In this document: piece by piece, positions 1-9,931 of the stretch | Layout of the letters: every line of letters starts with the position of its first letter | Numbering within the stretch: position 1 is the stretch's first letter | Assembly: GCA_021513695.1 (NCBI GenBank) | Contig: CP084166.1 | Location: 1,376,001-1,440,000 of the forward strand | Source of the DNA: Candidatus Heimdallarchaeum aukensis | GTDB lineage: Archaea; Asgardarchaeota; Heimdallarchaeia; Heimdallarchaeales; Heimdallarchaeaceae | Length of the DNA: 64,000 nt | Direction: 5' to 3' | Notes under the pieces: model-generated | Databases searched by the model: none | Told to the model about the DNA's origin: nothing | Seen by the model: the letters and a program-made list of their open reading frames with translations, nothing else | Translations under genes and position numbers: made by a program

Positions 1-77
1 TAGCAATTCATATATTAGATGATGGAATTAATGTACACTCAGAACAGCTCCATAGTATTAGTAATATCGATAATGTA

Positions 78-893
78 TTGTTATTTGGCTTTTTAACGGC
101 ATTATATAATTACACTTTTGCTATAGGACAAGAAAAAATATTAAACATAGATTTAGAGCAATATAAGATTATTTTTCAAGAATTAAAAGATAACAAATTA
201 TTAGTAGTCATTACAGATTCTCTTATCGACTATGATGATGAAAAGAATCTTATCGAAAAAATCAAACTTAGGTATGAAGTTCTTACTTATGATAAAGATA
301 TAAGCGAAATTGATTCTTTACTTACAGTAGAAGAAGGAATAATTCCTTTAGAACTTATAGCTGAAATAAGAAGTAAGGGGACTATGTACGCGAAGCAAGA
401 AGAAAAAAGCAAAGCAGAAATCCAAGCAGAGATAGATATTCCAAAAATAAAATCAGAAAAATTCTTTTTCCATATCATTTTGAATGAAGGAATTATCGAT
501 TCGGATAAAGAAGTAAATATCAGAAAAACTTTATCTAATTTTTTTCTAGGTTACCGAAAATTGGTTTTATGTATATTTGCGTATAATATTAGAGGAAAAC
601 TTTGTATTTTTTCCTTTGGTAGAAGTTCTCAAGCAGATAATCATAGAGAGTTCAGCACGCACATCATTAACGAAACTTTAGCCAAAGCCGTGAAGAAAGA
701 ATGTAGTATCATAAATCAGATTGAATATGGTGGAAAGAAATTTTGGGCAAATATATTTCTTGATCAGAAGAAACATTCGAGCTATGTTTTTCTCTCAACT
801 TCTAAAAATGAATTAGTAAGTTTAGAAGTTCATATAAAAAGAATATCTACTTTTATTTATAAATTGTTTCAAAAAAAGTTAGTAGATGCTTGA
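78..893 (+). CDS. Hypothetical protein. The open frame continues upstream to the window edge, so the gene is probably 5'-truncated by the window. The first in-frame start inside the window is TTG at 78.
   Basis: A 271-aa ORF. The same frame stays open from position 3 to 77 (..AIHILDDGINVHSEQLHSISNIDNV..). I recognise no motif. Confidence 0.4.
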   Translation: MLFGFLTALYNYTFAIGQEKILNIDLEQYKIIFQELKDNKLLVVITDSLIDYDDEKNLIEKIKLRYEVLTYDKDISEIDSLLTVEEGIIPLELIAEIRSKGTMYAKQEEKSKAEIQAEIDIPKIKSEKFFFHIILNEGIIDSDKEVNIRKTLSNFFLGYRKLVLCIFAYNIRGKLCIFSFGRSSQADNHREFSTHIINETLAKAVKKECSIINQIEYGGKKFWANIFLDQKKHSSYVFLSTSKNELVSLEVHIKRISTFIYKLFQKKLVDA

Positions 894-1003
894 AAACAGA
901 TATTTAATAAAATTGCAATTTCAGTTTGTCACACAAATCCCACAAAGTTAAAAAAGAAAAAGATTGAAATAACAGTTATAGAATTAATGTACGAGGAATA
1001 TTT

Positions 1004-1387
1004 ATGAGTATCTCTGGTCGAGAAATGGAAAAATTGCTACAAGAGTTTTCTGACAATACAGAAGGAGTTTTAGGCTGTTCTATCATCCTTGCAAAAGATG
1101 CTTTAATGTTAGCTGAAATCTCTCAGAAATATGATAGTATGGTAATTCAATGGCTAAGTGAACGTATTTTATCTATGGCAAAAGAATCACTTAAGCAGTT
1201 AATGAACGATTACCAATTACAAAGCGTAACTATTGAAGAAGAAAATCATCTAATTTTTCTGAGACCAGTAGGAACAGAATATTATCTCGTTTTTATTCTA
1301 AATAAGGAAGAAAATAGAGGTTTAATTGAATATAATATAAAAAGACTTCAAAAGAAGTTTAGTAAAGCATTAGGAATACAAGAATAA
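1004..1387 (+). CDS. Roadblock/LC7 (MglB-like) domain protein
   Basis: 127 aa. The N-terminal 'EGVLGCSIILAKDALMLAEIS' and overall alpha/beta pattern are typical of Robl/LC7. GAGGAA sits 8 nt upstream of the ATG. Confidence 0.72.
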   Translation: MSISGREMEKLLQEFSDNTEGVLGCSIILAKDALMLAEISQKYDSMVIQWLSERILSMAKESLKQLMNDYQLQSVTIEEENHLIFLRPVGTEYYLVFILNKEENRGLIEYNIKRLQKKFSKALGIQE

Positions 1388-1406
1388 AAAAATTAAGAGG
1401 ATTGTA

Positions 1407-1781
1407 ATGAATATCACAACACTAAAGATACTTTCTAAGATAGCAAAAGATAAAAGAAATTTGAAATTTAGTTTTATCTCTCCTGAAACAAAAGAAATAC
1501 TTTGTACAGCTGCAACATTAGAAGAGCTCTATCAGTGCATTTTAAACTTGGACCCTGAAATCATTAAGCATCATGTTTCTTTAGCTGAAGAATCTCCAGA
1601 AGAGACTAGAGATCTTGCTTTTTGGATACAATATATTCTTGCAGATTCAGACCTTTCTATGAAAATATACACAGCTGCTAAACGATTTAAAGATGACCCA
1701 GAAAAACTGAAGTTAGAATTAATAAATCTCTTATTTACCAGGCTGCTTAATATATCAGAGATTTCTTCTATTCCAGAATAA
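1407..1781 (+). CDS. Hypothetical protein, probably co-transcribed with the upstream roadblock gene
   Basis: 124-aa ORF, 19 nt downstream of the roadblock gene on the same strand. AAGAGGA lies just upstream. Confidence 0.4.
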   Translation: MNITTLKILSKIAKDKRNLKFSFISPETKEILCTAATLEELYQCILNLDPEIIKHHVSLAEESPEETRDLAFWIQYILADSDLSMKIYTAAKRFKDDPEKLKLELINLLFTRLLNISEISSIPE

Positions 1782-1846
1782 TTATTTTTCTTCAATCAAT
1801 ATATTTTTGAAATATTTCTTTGACAGTTAGTCAATAGCAAAAGAAG

Positions 1847-3982
1847 ATGGTGTTTGAAATTAGTATTACATGTCCAAAATGTAAGGGAAAAGGAAAGATA
1901 CATAAAGAAAAGACTACATGTCCTGCTTGTTATGGTGTAGGAAAAACTTCTTTTTCCTTGAGTGGTAAAGGCGTAGAAGGAGATATTTGCAAAAAATGTA
2001 AAGGGACTGGAAAAATCACAACTTATGAGAAATGTCCAGTATGTAACGGAAAAAGAACAGTATTCATATGTAAGAATTGTAAAAGTATAATGAAAGCTCC
2101 AAGTAGATCAGGATTATGTCCTGCTTGTGAAATACAAAAAAAGCCCATAGTTTACAAATTGCGCCCACCAATAGATTCACAACTTATTAGGAATGGTATG
2201 GTCTTTATAGGAAGAGTAGACCAGATCAAGAATTTTGGAGTTTTTGTTAAACTAGCTGAAGATGCTAAAGTTTTAATAAGAAAAGAAGATATGAGCGACG
2301 AATATGCTTGGGATTTAGGAGAGGAAGTCCAAGTCAAAATCAAAAATGTTAGCGATTCTGGCAAACTTTACGGTAAGTCCGTAAACATAAAAGATTACTC
2401 TCTGTTACCAATTAGAGGAAGAGTAAGAGCTGTCCAAATCAAAGATATAACACATGAAAGAGTGGGAGCATTTTTGTCATTTAAAGCTCAAGTTGTATCT
2501 ATTTTACAAACTTCTGGACCAACTAGATTTACTTTTGCAGATGCTACTGGTTCAATAAACGGTGCAGCATTTATAAAAGCAGGAGAAAGAGCTTTTCCTG
2601 AAATCGTTGAAGATATGGTCGTAGAATGTTTTGGAGAAGTAACAGAGTTTAGAGATTCATTACAGATCGAAATTCAAGACATTGAAGCTCTTGAAGAAGA
2701 AGAAACAAAGAAATTGTTAAATGAAATTGAAATTGCTTTGGATAAGAAAGCAACTCCAGCAAAATTAGATTTTTCTGTTAAATCAGAAATACTTACAAAA
2801 TTAAAACCAGATATTATTAAAGCAGCAAAAAGAATAAGAAAAGCAATTTTTACAGGGCAACCAATTTATATCAGACATCATGCAGATGCAGATGGTGTCG
2901 TAGCAGGTTTCTCGGTACAACAAGCTCTTATCCAGTTGATGGAAGAAGAAGGATATGATGCCGATACAATAAGAATTAGAATAAAAAGACTTCCTAACAA
3001 ACCACCATTTTATGATCCCATTGATGTTGTTAAGGATTTAGATTTTGCTTTAGCAGATAAAGAAAGATTTGGAGATAAACTGCCTTTAATTATTTGTTTA
3101 GATTTTGGTTCTTCATTAGAATCTATTCTTCCATATTTACAGATAAAAGCATTAGGTCTAGAAATAATTGTAGTAGACCATCATTTTCCTGATAAGAAAA
3201 TAAGAGAAATTGTCGATCTTCATATCAACCCTTATTTTGTAGGAGGAGGTTATGAGATTTCTGGGGGAATGTTAGGTTATGAACTTGCAAGATTCATACA
3301 CCCTACGATCATCACTGATTCGATGAAACATTTACCAGCCATTGCAGGACTTATGGATAGAGTTGAAGGAGACGAGATAAAAGAATATATTAAGTTAGCA
3401 AAGGAAAAGGGCTATTCAGAAGAAGACTTGAAGACAATAGGTATTGCTGTAGATTATGAATTATACCAATTAAAATTTAGTGAAGGAACAAATTTGATGA
3501 AAATTCTATTTGGAGTAGACACCGACATAGAATGGCATAAGCAAATGTACAAAATCTTGGGTGAAGAAGCGAAAAAGTTGATGGATAATACTCTAAAAAG
3601 TGTGCTTCCACATGTTAAACAAAAGACTCTAGAAAATGATGTCTTATTAACTCAAATTGATGTTGAACTTTTTTCACACAGATTTACATTTCCTAATCCA
3701 GGAAAAATTACAGGAATGGTTTTTGATCACTTTGTTGAGAACAATGAAGACAAGCCCGTAGTTACACTTGGTGAAGGTCCTGATTTTCTCATTTTACGTT
3801 CTAAAGGGTTAGCTATCAACTTTCCTGAAGTTGTAAAGTTGATGCAAGAGAAAATACCTGAAGCTGATGTTCAAGGAGGAGGACATGAAGTTGTGGGTTC
3901 ATTAAAATTCTATGAAGGAACAAGAGAGAAAGTGCTTAACTTTTTCATTAAATATTTGGCCAAATCCTCTCTTGCTCTTTAA
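1847..3982 (+). CDS. DHH-family phosphoesterase (RecJ/HAN-like nuclease) with N-terminal DnaJ-type zinc-finger repeats and an S1/OB domain
   Basis: 711 aa. It has four CxxCxGxG repeats (CPKCKGKGKI, CPACYGVGKT, CKKCKGTGKI, CPVCNGKRTV) plus a further CxxC..CxxC ribbon. An S1/OB-like segment follows (GMVFIGRVDQIKNFGVFVKL). The DHH motifs 'IRHHADADGV' and 'VVDHHFPD' come next, then a DHHA1-like C-terminus with GGGHE. Confidence 0.75.
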   Translation: MVFEISITCPKCKGKGKIHKEKTTCPACYGVGKTSFSLSGKGVEGDICKKCKGTGKITTYEKCPVCNGKRTVFICKNCKSIMKAPSRSGLCPACEIQKKPIVYKLRPPIDSQLIRNGMVFIGRVDQIKNFGVFVKLAEDAKVLIRKEDMSDEYAWDLGEEVQVKIKNVSDSGKLYGKSVNIKDYSLLPIRGRVRAVQIKDITHERVGAFLSFKAQVVSILQTSGPTRFTFADATGSINGAAFIKAGERAFPEIVEDMVVECFGEVTEFRDSLQIEIQDIEALEEEETKKLLNEIEIALDKKATPAKLDFSVKSEILTKLKPDIIKAAKRIRKAIFTGQPIYIRHHADADGVVAGFSVQQALIQLMEEEGYDADTIRIRIKRLPNKPPFYDPIDVVKDLDFALADKERFGDKLPLIICLDFGSSLESILPYLQIKALGLEIIVVDHHFPDKKIREIVDLHINPYFVGGGYEISGGMLGYELARFIHPTIITDSMKHLPAIAGLMDRVEGDEIKEYIKLAKEKGYSEEDLKTIGIAVDYELYQLKFSEGTNLMKILFGVDTDIEWHKQMYKILGEEAKKLMDNTLKSVLPHVKQKTLENDVLLTQIDVELFSHRFTFPNPGKITGMVFDHFVENNEDKPVVTLGEGPDFLILRSKGLAINFPEVVKLMQEKIPEADVQGGGHEVVGSLKFYEGTREKVLNFFIKYLAKSSLAL

Positions 3983-4044
3983 ATATTCTTTTACATTCAT
4001 TTTTATTTAGCAAGTTTTTTATTTAAGTAAAATAATTTCATACT

Positions 4045-5712
4045 ATGAGTTACGTAGAAAAAGCATTATATCAATATATAAAGGGAATATTTGTAGATGG
4101 TTTTAAAGTTCTGTTTAGTAAGAAATATGTTGTATATACAAGTATATTCTTAGCTTCTATCATAAGTACGACAGTTTTGTATATTCTCCAAGCATTCCAA
4201 ATAAATACTGCAGTTGACCTAGGTAATTTGGCTTCATTATTCTTGAAGATTGAATTAGCACTTGCTTTAACATATTTTCTAAGTGGTTTAATCTTAGCTA
4301 GGTGTCCAATTTACTTTTGGATAATTCCAGTGGTAATTTTGACAGGTGGTCTAGTTGTGGTATTTTATTTTCTTCCGGACATATTAAATATTATTCCTGA
4401 CTTAAGCCCTTATTTTGCAGTCATTTTTTATTTGTCTTGGATTGTACTATCAGTCTTTCTTTCATTCTCCCTGTCAAGAAACTTTTTTGGAAATAAATAT
4501 TTGGGAAGCGCTCTATTCTTAGGTAAAAAGAAAAACGAAGGAGGAATCCTATTTTCTGGTATTGTTTTTGTCGTGGCATTAGTTAATCTTGCTTTATCTG
4601 TTTACTTACTCCGCTTAAGTATAATGAGTCTTTTTACCCCAAATAAACAGTTCTTTCTCCTCGTAGCTTCAGTCGCTTCAATAATATCTACAACAATCAT
4701 TTTTGCTATTATCTTTAAATTGGGTACCTATGATGATGTTTTTTATACAATTATTGCATTTTATTATGTTTTTACTAGTTACATTCTCTGGAAATTAGCT
4801 TATTACTATTTTACATCATCAGATATTGGAGAAATTACTGTTTCAAATGTTGACGTTATAATAAGTGTATTTACTAGTTTGTTCTGGGCTATCTATTCAA
4901 TGAGTAGTTATGGAAGAAAAATTATACAGATTAAAGCTTTAGATGAAGAACTAGAAAAAACAGAGAAAATCATTAAACAAGAAACATTAGAGGAACAAAA
5001 AGAGTTTGAGAGAATTAAAAGTATGAAGATTCCCCAAATTAAAATCACAGACGATGACTCATGGCTAGAAAAAAGGAAGAAAATCCAACAGATGAAAAAA
5101 GCAGAAAAAGAAAAATTGAAGGCTTTAAAGAAATTCAATAAGAAAAGAGAAAAAAGAAAGAAACTTGCTCAAGTAAGATTAGAAGAAGCTAAAAAAGAAA
5201 CAGAAGAACGTATTGCGAAATCTAAAGAAAAGTGGTTTATTTTTAGAATCCCAGACCTTTTAGGACCAGACGGTGTATTATTAACTATAATGGGAATGAT
5301 TCTCGGATATCATGTTACCAATATCCAATTTCTTTCTCAAGAAGATTTATTTAGTTCAATTTATTACTTAAGCTCTGACAGATTGTTTGGTTTAAGAGAT
5401 AAGTTTGCCATTGTATCAATAATGGTTATTATTGTCATATTTTTAATAAGCTACGAAACATCAGAAAAATTCAGAAAATATGCCTCACCAGAGCTGTACA
5501 GGTTAGAGATCTTACCTTCTTTTGATGAACTGATGGAACTTATCGAAAAAGTGAGAACTGGAGAAGTTTCATGGCAATCAATAGCAAAAGACATAATTCT
5601 ATCAGGGGCTAAGGCGGCAGTTGGAGCAGCAGCCACAAAGGCCTTTATAACTCCTAGCAAAACAATTGCTCGTAAGTTTAAGAAGTTGATTTCGAGGGAT
5701 GAAGAAGGATAA
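4045..5712 (+). CDS. Polytopic membrane protein with a Lys/Glu-rich coiled-coil segment
   Basis: 555 aa. Several hydrophobic helices sit in the N-terminal 300 aa. A charged coiled-coil region follows (KEKLKALKKFNKKREKRKK), then another TM segment. No recognisable catalytic motif. Confidence 0.45.
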   Translation: MSYVEKALYQYIKGIFVDGFKVLFSKKYVVYTSIFLASIISTTVLYILQAFQINTAVDLGNLASLFLKIELALALTYFLSGLILARCPIYFWIIPVVILTGGLVVVFYFLPDILNIIPDLSPYFAVIFYLSWIVLSVFLSFSLSRNFFGNKYLGSALFLGKKKNEGGILFSGIVFVVALVNLALSVYLLRLSIMSLFTPNKQFFLLVASVASIISTTIIFAIIFKLGTYDDVFYTIIAFYYVFTSYILWKLAYYYFTSSDIGEITVSNVDVIISVFTSLFWAIYSMSSYGRKIIQIKALDEELEKTEKIIKQETLEEQKEFERIKSMKIPQIKITDDDSWLEKRKKIQQMKKAEKEKLKALKKFNKKREKRKKLAQVRLEEAKKETEERIAKSKEKWFIFRIPDLLGPDGVLLTIMGMILGYHVTNIQFLSQEDLFSSIYYLSSDRLFGLRDKFAIVSIMVIIVIFLISYETSEKFRKYASPELYRLEILPSFDELMELIEKVRTGEVSWQSIAKDIILSGAKAAVGAAATKAFITPSKTIARKFKKLISRDEEG

Positions 5713-5726
5713 AAAAACCAATCAAT

Positions 5727-5740
5727 TTTCCTTTTTTTTT
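5727..5740 (+). terminator. Oligo-T tract (TTTTCC then 9 T) directly after the stop of the 4045..5712 gene; candidate archaeal terminator
   Basis: A run of 9 T at 5732..5740, 15 to 20 nt past the stop codon, lying between convergent genes. Confidence 0.3.
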
Positions 5741-6590
5741 AAAATAATTGAACTAAATCTGAAAGCGAATTAGTAATAATATCAGGATAAAATGTTTTAT
5801 CTAATTTCACTAAATCAGACAGTTTCGATGCTCCACCTAACACAAAACAAGTATTTATACCAACATTCTTCGCACCCACAATATCGGTTTCAAGCCTATC
5901 ACCAAACATAATTGCATCTGTTTTTTTAGCTGAGGATAACTCCAAGGCCATGTTAAACATTAAAGGCTTTGGTTTTCCAATAATTGTATCTATTTTCCTA
6001 TTTGATAATGTCTCAAGAATGTCAATCATTGCTCCTCCTCCAGGTACAAAACCAGAGGGAGTAGGAAAAGTGATATCCGCATTTGTTCCTATAAATCGAA
6101 CATGTTTATTTTTTAAAATATTCATAGCTCTGGCTAACTTCACGTAAGTCAATTTTCTATCCATACCTGTAATTACAATGTCAACACTTTCTAAGTCAAA
6201 ATCAAATGGATCTTCAGAGTTTTTTTCTTCCCAGTTATTTAGAACTTGTAGATTAACTCTTTCTAATTCTTCTTTTAGACCTTGCTCTCCAATAACATAA
6301 ATTTTGGATTCAGGAAAAGTTTCTGAAACGTGTTTTGCTGTAAGATAAGCAGAAGTAAGAATCTGATTAAGATTAACATTAATTCCAAAATTCTTCAACT
6401 TTTCTACATATTCTTCTCGAGTTTTTGTGCTATTATTAGTTAATATGAAAATTTTCTTTTTTTTCTCTTCTAAAATGGATAACAGCTCTTTAGCGCCTGG
6501 AAGAATAGTATTTTCTTTATATAGCACTCCATCTCCATCAAAAAAGAAAGCATTAAATTGAAATAATTTTTCACCTAAATTAGAGCTCAT
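5739..6590 (-). CDS. HAD-superfamily hydrolase, subfamily IIA (NagD/PNPase-like sugar phosphatase)
   Basis: 283 aa. Motif I 'FFFDGDGVLY' and 'ILTNNSTKTREE' are characteristic of HAD-IIA. A C-terminal 'MFGDRLETDI' motif III/IV is present. Confidence 0.75.
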   Translation of the reverse strand: MSSNLGEKLFQFNAFFFDGDGVLYKENTILPGAKELLSILEEKKKKIFILTNNSTKTREEYVEKLKNFGINVNLNQILTSAYLTAKHVSETFPESKIYVIGEQGLKEELERVNLQVLNNWEEKNSEDPFDFDLESVDIVITGMDRKLTYVKLARAMNILKNKHVRFIGTNADITFPTPSGFVPGGGAMIDILETLSNRKIDTIIGKPKPLMFNMALELSSAKKTDAIMFGDRLETDIVGAKNVGINTCFVLGGASKLSDLVKLDKTFYPDIITNSLSDLVQLF

Positions 6591-6655
6591 TCTTTTTCAC
6601 ACTTATAAGTAAGGAAAACATTAGTTTTTTATACATTACCTTTCTTTCTTTATAC

Positions 6656-9484
6656 GTGATTGCAATCAAAAAAATTTCTTGTACTATTATTCTTGTTTTA
6701 TTATTAAGTTCAGAGGTATATGGGACAATATATAACAATCAAGCAGAACAAGAAGAAAATAAAGAAAAAATGGATTTTACTAATCTTAAAAACATATTTA
6801 AAGAAAAGCAATTGTTAGAAGAATTCAATAAAGCACCAAGAAATCAAGATTTCAGGTTATTTATCAAACCAAGAAATTATGATTCAAGAATAATTTTACT
6901 TGATAAAGGTAGAAGAGCAAATCCAATTTCAATAGTTAATGGACTTTTTGCAACATATACTAAAGCAGAATTATTAAATTTAATTAATAGAGGTTTAATA
7001 TTTTCTGTCTGGAATAATAGTCAGATCATGATAGCAGATTCTGAAATAAATGTATCATCCTCACTTGTTCAAAACACTGCTAACTTCACAGAAATGATAA
7101 ATACAACAACATTATGGAAAAATAATATTAAAGGAGATAATGTCACAGTAGCTATTCTTGACACGGGGATATTGAAAAATCACCCTGCATTAAACACAAC
7201 ACAAGATGGAAAAAATAGAATTATCGCAACAAGGAATTTTTTTGATGAAGATTCGTATCCAACTGACAACAATGGACATGGTTCAGCATTAGCAGGAATT
7301 ATTGGGAGTAATGGTCTTTTTGGCTATCCTATAGGCGTTTCTCCCAATTGTAATTTCATAATAGGTAAAATCTTGACTAACGAAGGTCAAGGTACATTAG
7401 AAACTTTGCTTTCTGGGATGGATTGGGCAATTAGCCAAGGAGCGGACATTATCAACCTCTCAATAGGAAAAAAAGTTGAAAGCCTTCATGCTCCAGAAAT
7501 AGAAGCAGTAAATAATGCAGTAAATAAAGGTGTAATTGTAGTTAGCGCTGTTGGTAATTCAAGAGGTAAATTAGAATTTGGATATAACTCTAAATACACA
7601 GTTCTTAGCCCTGGAATAGCTAGCAATGTAATAACTGTTGGTGCAATTGATACAAATGAAGTTTTATACGAATTTAGTAGTGGAGGGCCAGTGACTATCA
7701 ATTTTAACGAAACTGAAGGAAAATATCTCTATGATTTCCAAGATGTGGATTACTGGATAAAACCTGATATTGTAGCTCCTGGAGTTAAAATTAATACAAC
7801 AACAAATTCTTTAGATTCAACAAAAATAGTAACAGGTACTAGTTATTCCACTGCTGTAGTATCAGGATTATGTGCGCTAGTTTTATCAAAAAACAAGGAA
7901 TATAAGCCATCAATAATAAAATCAGCAATTTTGAATAGCGCAACGAAATTAGAAAACAACCTAATATTTAGCTCTAATTCAACTATTAAAATAATCCCTG
8001 ATATTTTTTATCAAGGTGCAGGATTAGTTAATGCGGGTCATACTTTAGATGAATTAGAAAACATTCAAGATTTCACAATATGGCCTGCAGATTTTTCATT
8101 TTTAGATAAAAAATTATTCATTAACGAAAAAAAGCAGTTCTATATTAGTTTATTCATAAATAGACCCATTGAACATCTAACAATAAACATTGAGGGAGAT
8201 ATAAATAAAGGATTAACAATAAGCAATTTAGACACTTTAAACTCTAGTTCTATAGGACAATATAACCTTGCTTTTTTGATTGATGGTGAGAAATTTTCTT
8301 CAGGAATTCATAAAGGGGAAATAACCTTTGTCTCATCCGTATTAAACATAACCTTATCTCTACAAATAAATATCATTAATGCAAAAGGAAAGGTTTTAGT
8401 AGACTTTTTTGAGAAAAGTCCTATTGATTATTATTCATTAAAAGGGACTTTAACTAGCCTAGTAAGGACTTTACGAAAATTACAATTAGTTACTTCTTTT
8501 CTTAGAAGAGATATTGAGCAAAGAACATTATCTAGTCTAAACCTTTTAGACTATGATTTAATTATCTTAATCAATCCTAATGGATCTACAGAATTAAGAG
8601 ATTATTACTCAAATAGTGATTTAGAAGCTCTAAAAGACTATGTGCTACCTAGAGGAAATTATAAAGGAGGAAGTCTTTTAATTTTACCTTCACAATCAAG
8701 TGACTTCAATTTTATAGCTAACTTAACAAGTTTATTCAAAATCTCTCTTAGTCAAACAGAAATCGAAGAAGAATTTTTTGAATTTGGTTTCACGACTGGT
8801 CAGTTATTTTCATTTCCCAATGAAATAAGTGAGTTTTATATTCCAAAACCATTCATTGTAAAAGGAGAAAATAGTTCAGTAAAAAATTATGAAAACCGCT
8901 TTGCTTATGTAGATAACAGATATGGTGGAGGTTCACTCGTTTTTGTAGCTAATAACGTTGATATGTTTCTCTCATCTCCATACTTATACTCAACTACTAG
9001 TGAAAAATATATTACAACTCGATTTTCTTCAAAATACGGAAACAATACAAAACTCCTTGAAAACATAGTTTATACATGTAGACCTAATTACATACTGACA
9101 TCCGTTGAAACGGATAAAAAGGAATTCATAAAGAATGAAAAAATAACGTTAAAAATTTCTCTTAAAAATTATCACAAATATATTTCAGGATGGACTTTTA
9201 CTATTACTTTGGAAAATGAACAGACTTACATGGTTCCTTCATTCCAATACGTTGATCTTGAAAATGGTTCATATTTCTTGATTATAGATATAGAAAAGAA
9301 TAATATTAAACCTGGTCATTACTCTTTAGTTGTAAGGTCTTTTGCAGGAAATGAAAAAATTGAGGTAAACATTATAACTAACTTCTCTCTTACTCCAAGA
9401 TTCGTTGAAATTCCTCTCATTGTATGCGTTATTATAATTATATATACCCAAACCAAAAAAAGAAGAGTGAAGATTAAGAAATAG
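6656..9484 (+). CDS. Secreted or surface-anchored subtilisin-like serine protease (peptidase S8) with a long C-terminal extension and a C-terminal TM anchor
   Basis: 942 aa. It has an N-terminal signal peptide (ILVLLLSSEVYG). The catalytic triad motifs are VAILDTGI (Asp), HGSALAGIIGS (His) and GTSYSTAVVSGL (Ser). Many N-x-S/T sequons are present. A C-terminal hydrophobic helix is followed by KKRRVKIKK. Confidence 0.85.
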   Translation: MIAIKKISCTIILVLLLSSEVYGTIYNNQAEQEENKEKMDFTNLKNIFKEKQLLEEFNKAPRNQDFRLFIKPRNYDSRIILLDKGRRANPISIVNGLFATYTKAELLNLINRGLIFSVWNNSQIMIADSEINVSSSLVQNTANFTEMINTTTLWKNNIKGDNVTVAILDTGILKNHPALNTTQDGKNRIIATRNFFDEDSYPTDNNGHGSALAGIIGSNGLFGYPIGVSPNCNFIIGKILTNEGQGTLETLLSGMDWAISQGADIINLSIGKKVESLHAPEIEAVNNAVNKGVIVVSAVGNSRGKLEFGYNSKYTVLSPGIASNVITVGAIDTNEVLYEFSSGGPVTINFNETEGKYLYDFQDVDYWIKPDIVAPGVKINTTTNSLDSTKIVTGTSYSTAVVSGLCALVLSKNKEYKPSIIKSAILNSATKLENNLIFSSNSTIKIIPDIFYQGAGLVNAGHTLDELENIQDFTIWPADFSFLDKKLFINEKKQFYISLFINRPIEHLTINIEGDINKGLTISNLDTLNSSSIGQYNLAFLIDGEKFSSGIHKGEITFVSSVLNITLSLQINIINAKGKVLVDFFEKSPIDYYSLKGTLTSLVRTLRKLQLVTSFLRRDIEQRTLSSLNLLDYDLIILINPNGSTELRDYYSNSDLEALKDYVLPRGNYKGGSLLILPSQSSDFNFIANLTSLFKISLSQTEIEEEFFEFGFTTGQLFSFPNEISEFYIPKPFIVKGENSSVKNYENRFAYVDNRYGGGSLVFVANNVDMFLSSPYLYSTTSEKYITTRFSSKYGNNTKLLENIVYTCRPNYILTSVETDKKEFIKNEKITLKISLKNYHKYISGWTFTITLENEQTYMVPSFQYVDLENGSYFLIIDIEKNNIKPGHYSLVVRSFAGNEKIEVNIITNFSLTPRFVEIPLIVCVIIIIYTQTKKRRVKIKK

Positions 9485-9854
9485 CGTTTCTTATATCAGA
9501 AGCATATCTTGCTAGAACTTGCATGGATAATGCAAGACTGTAGATTTCTCTTGAAGCTGCTAAAGTTATTACTTCTCCAGTATTTTGGAGTATGACAAAA
9601 CCCTCTCTTCCTTTTATAATAACTTGGTCTAATTCTCCATACTTTAATTGGGTGACAGTTTGCATTCCTGCAGCATTCAAAGCAGAAGCTAAAGCTGCCA
9701 TAATAACTGAATCAGTTCCTTGTTCTGCAAAAAAAGCTAATTCTTGTCCTTCTGAGGTTACTACTGCTATAGCACCAAGATCACATTTCTTTGTTATCTG
9801 TTTAAGTATCTGAATTACTGCTTTTTTTTGTTCGGGTGTTAAATCTGTAATCAT
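9474..9854 (-). CDS. Roadblock/LC7 (MglB-like) domain protein
   Basis: 126 aa. The pattern 'LGAIAVVTSEGQELAFFAE...' shows Robl-like alternation and has the length typical of the family. Confidence 0.72.
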   Translation of the reverse strand: MITDLTPEQKKAVIQILKQITKKCDLGAIAVVTSEGQELAFFAEQGTDSVIMAALASALNAAGMQTVTQLKYGELDQVIIKGREGFVILQNTGEVITLAASREIYSLALSMQVLARYASDIRNAIS

Positions 9855-9931
9855 TGTTAAATAATAGATAAATCACTATTAAAAACTCTTTGCTTGAAAA
9901 GGATATTTTAAATTAGAGATTAAAGTGTTAA

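Noticed and set aside
287-478. 63-aa antisense ORF inside the 78..893 gene. Similar short antisense or overlapping ORFs lie at 1571..1795, 2152..2364, 4908..5138, 5451..5660, 5950..6147, 7486..7701, 9592..9813, 12192..12404, 13182..13382, 13884..14204, 14182..14376, 14785..15234, 16046..16246, 17351..17551, 17635..17856, 19433..19702 and 20162..20368.
   Set aside because: Each lies entirely within, and opposite to or out of frame with, a longer ORF that has clear family motifs. They have low-complexity translations and no motifs of their own, as expected from AT-rich sequence.
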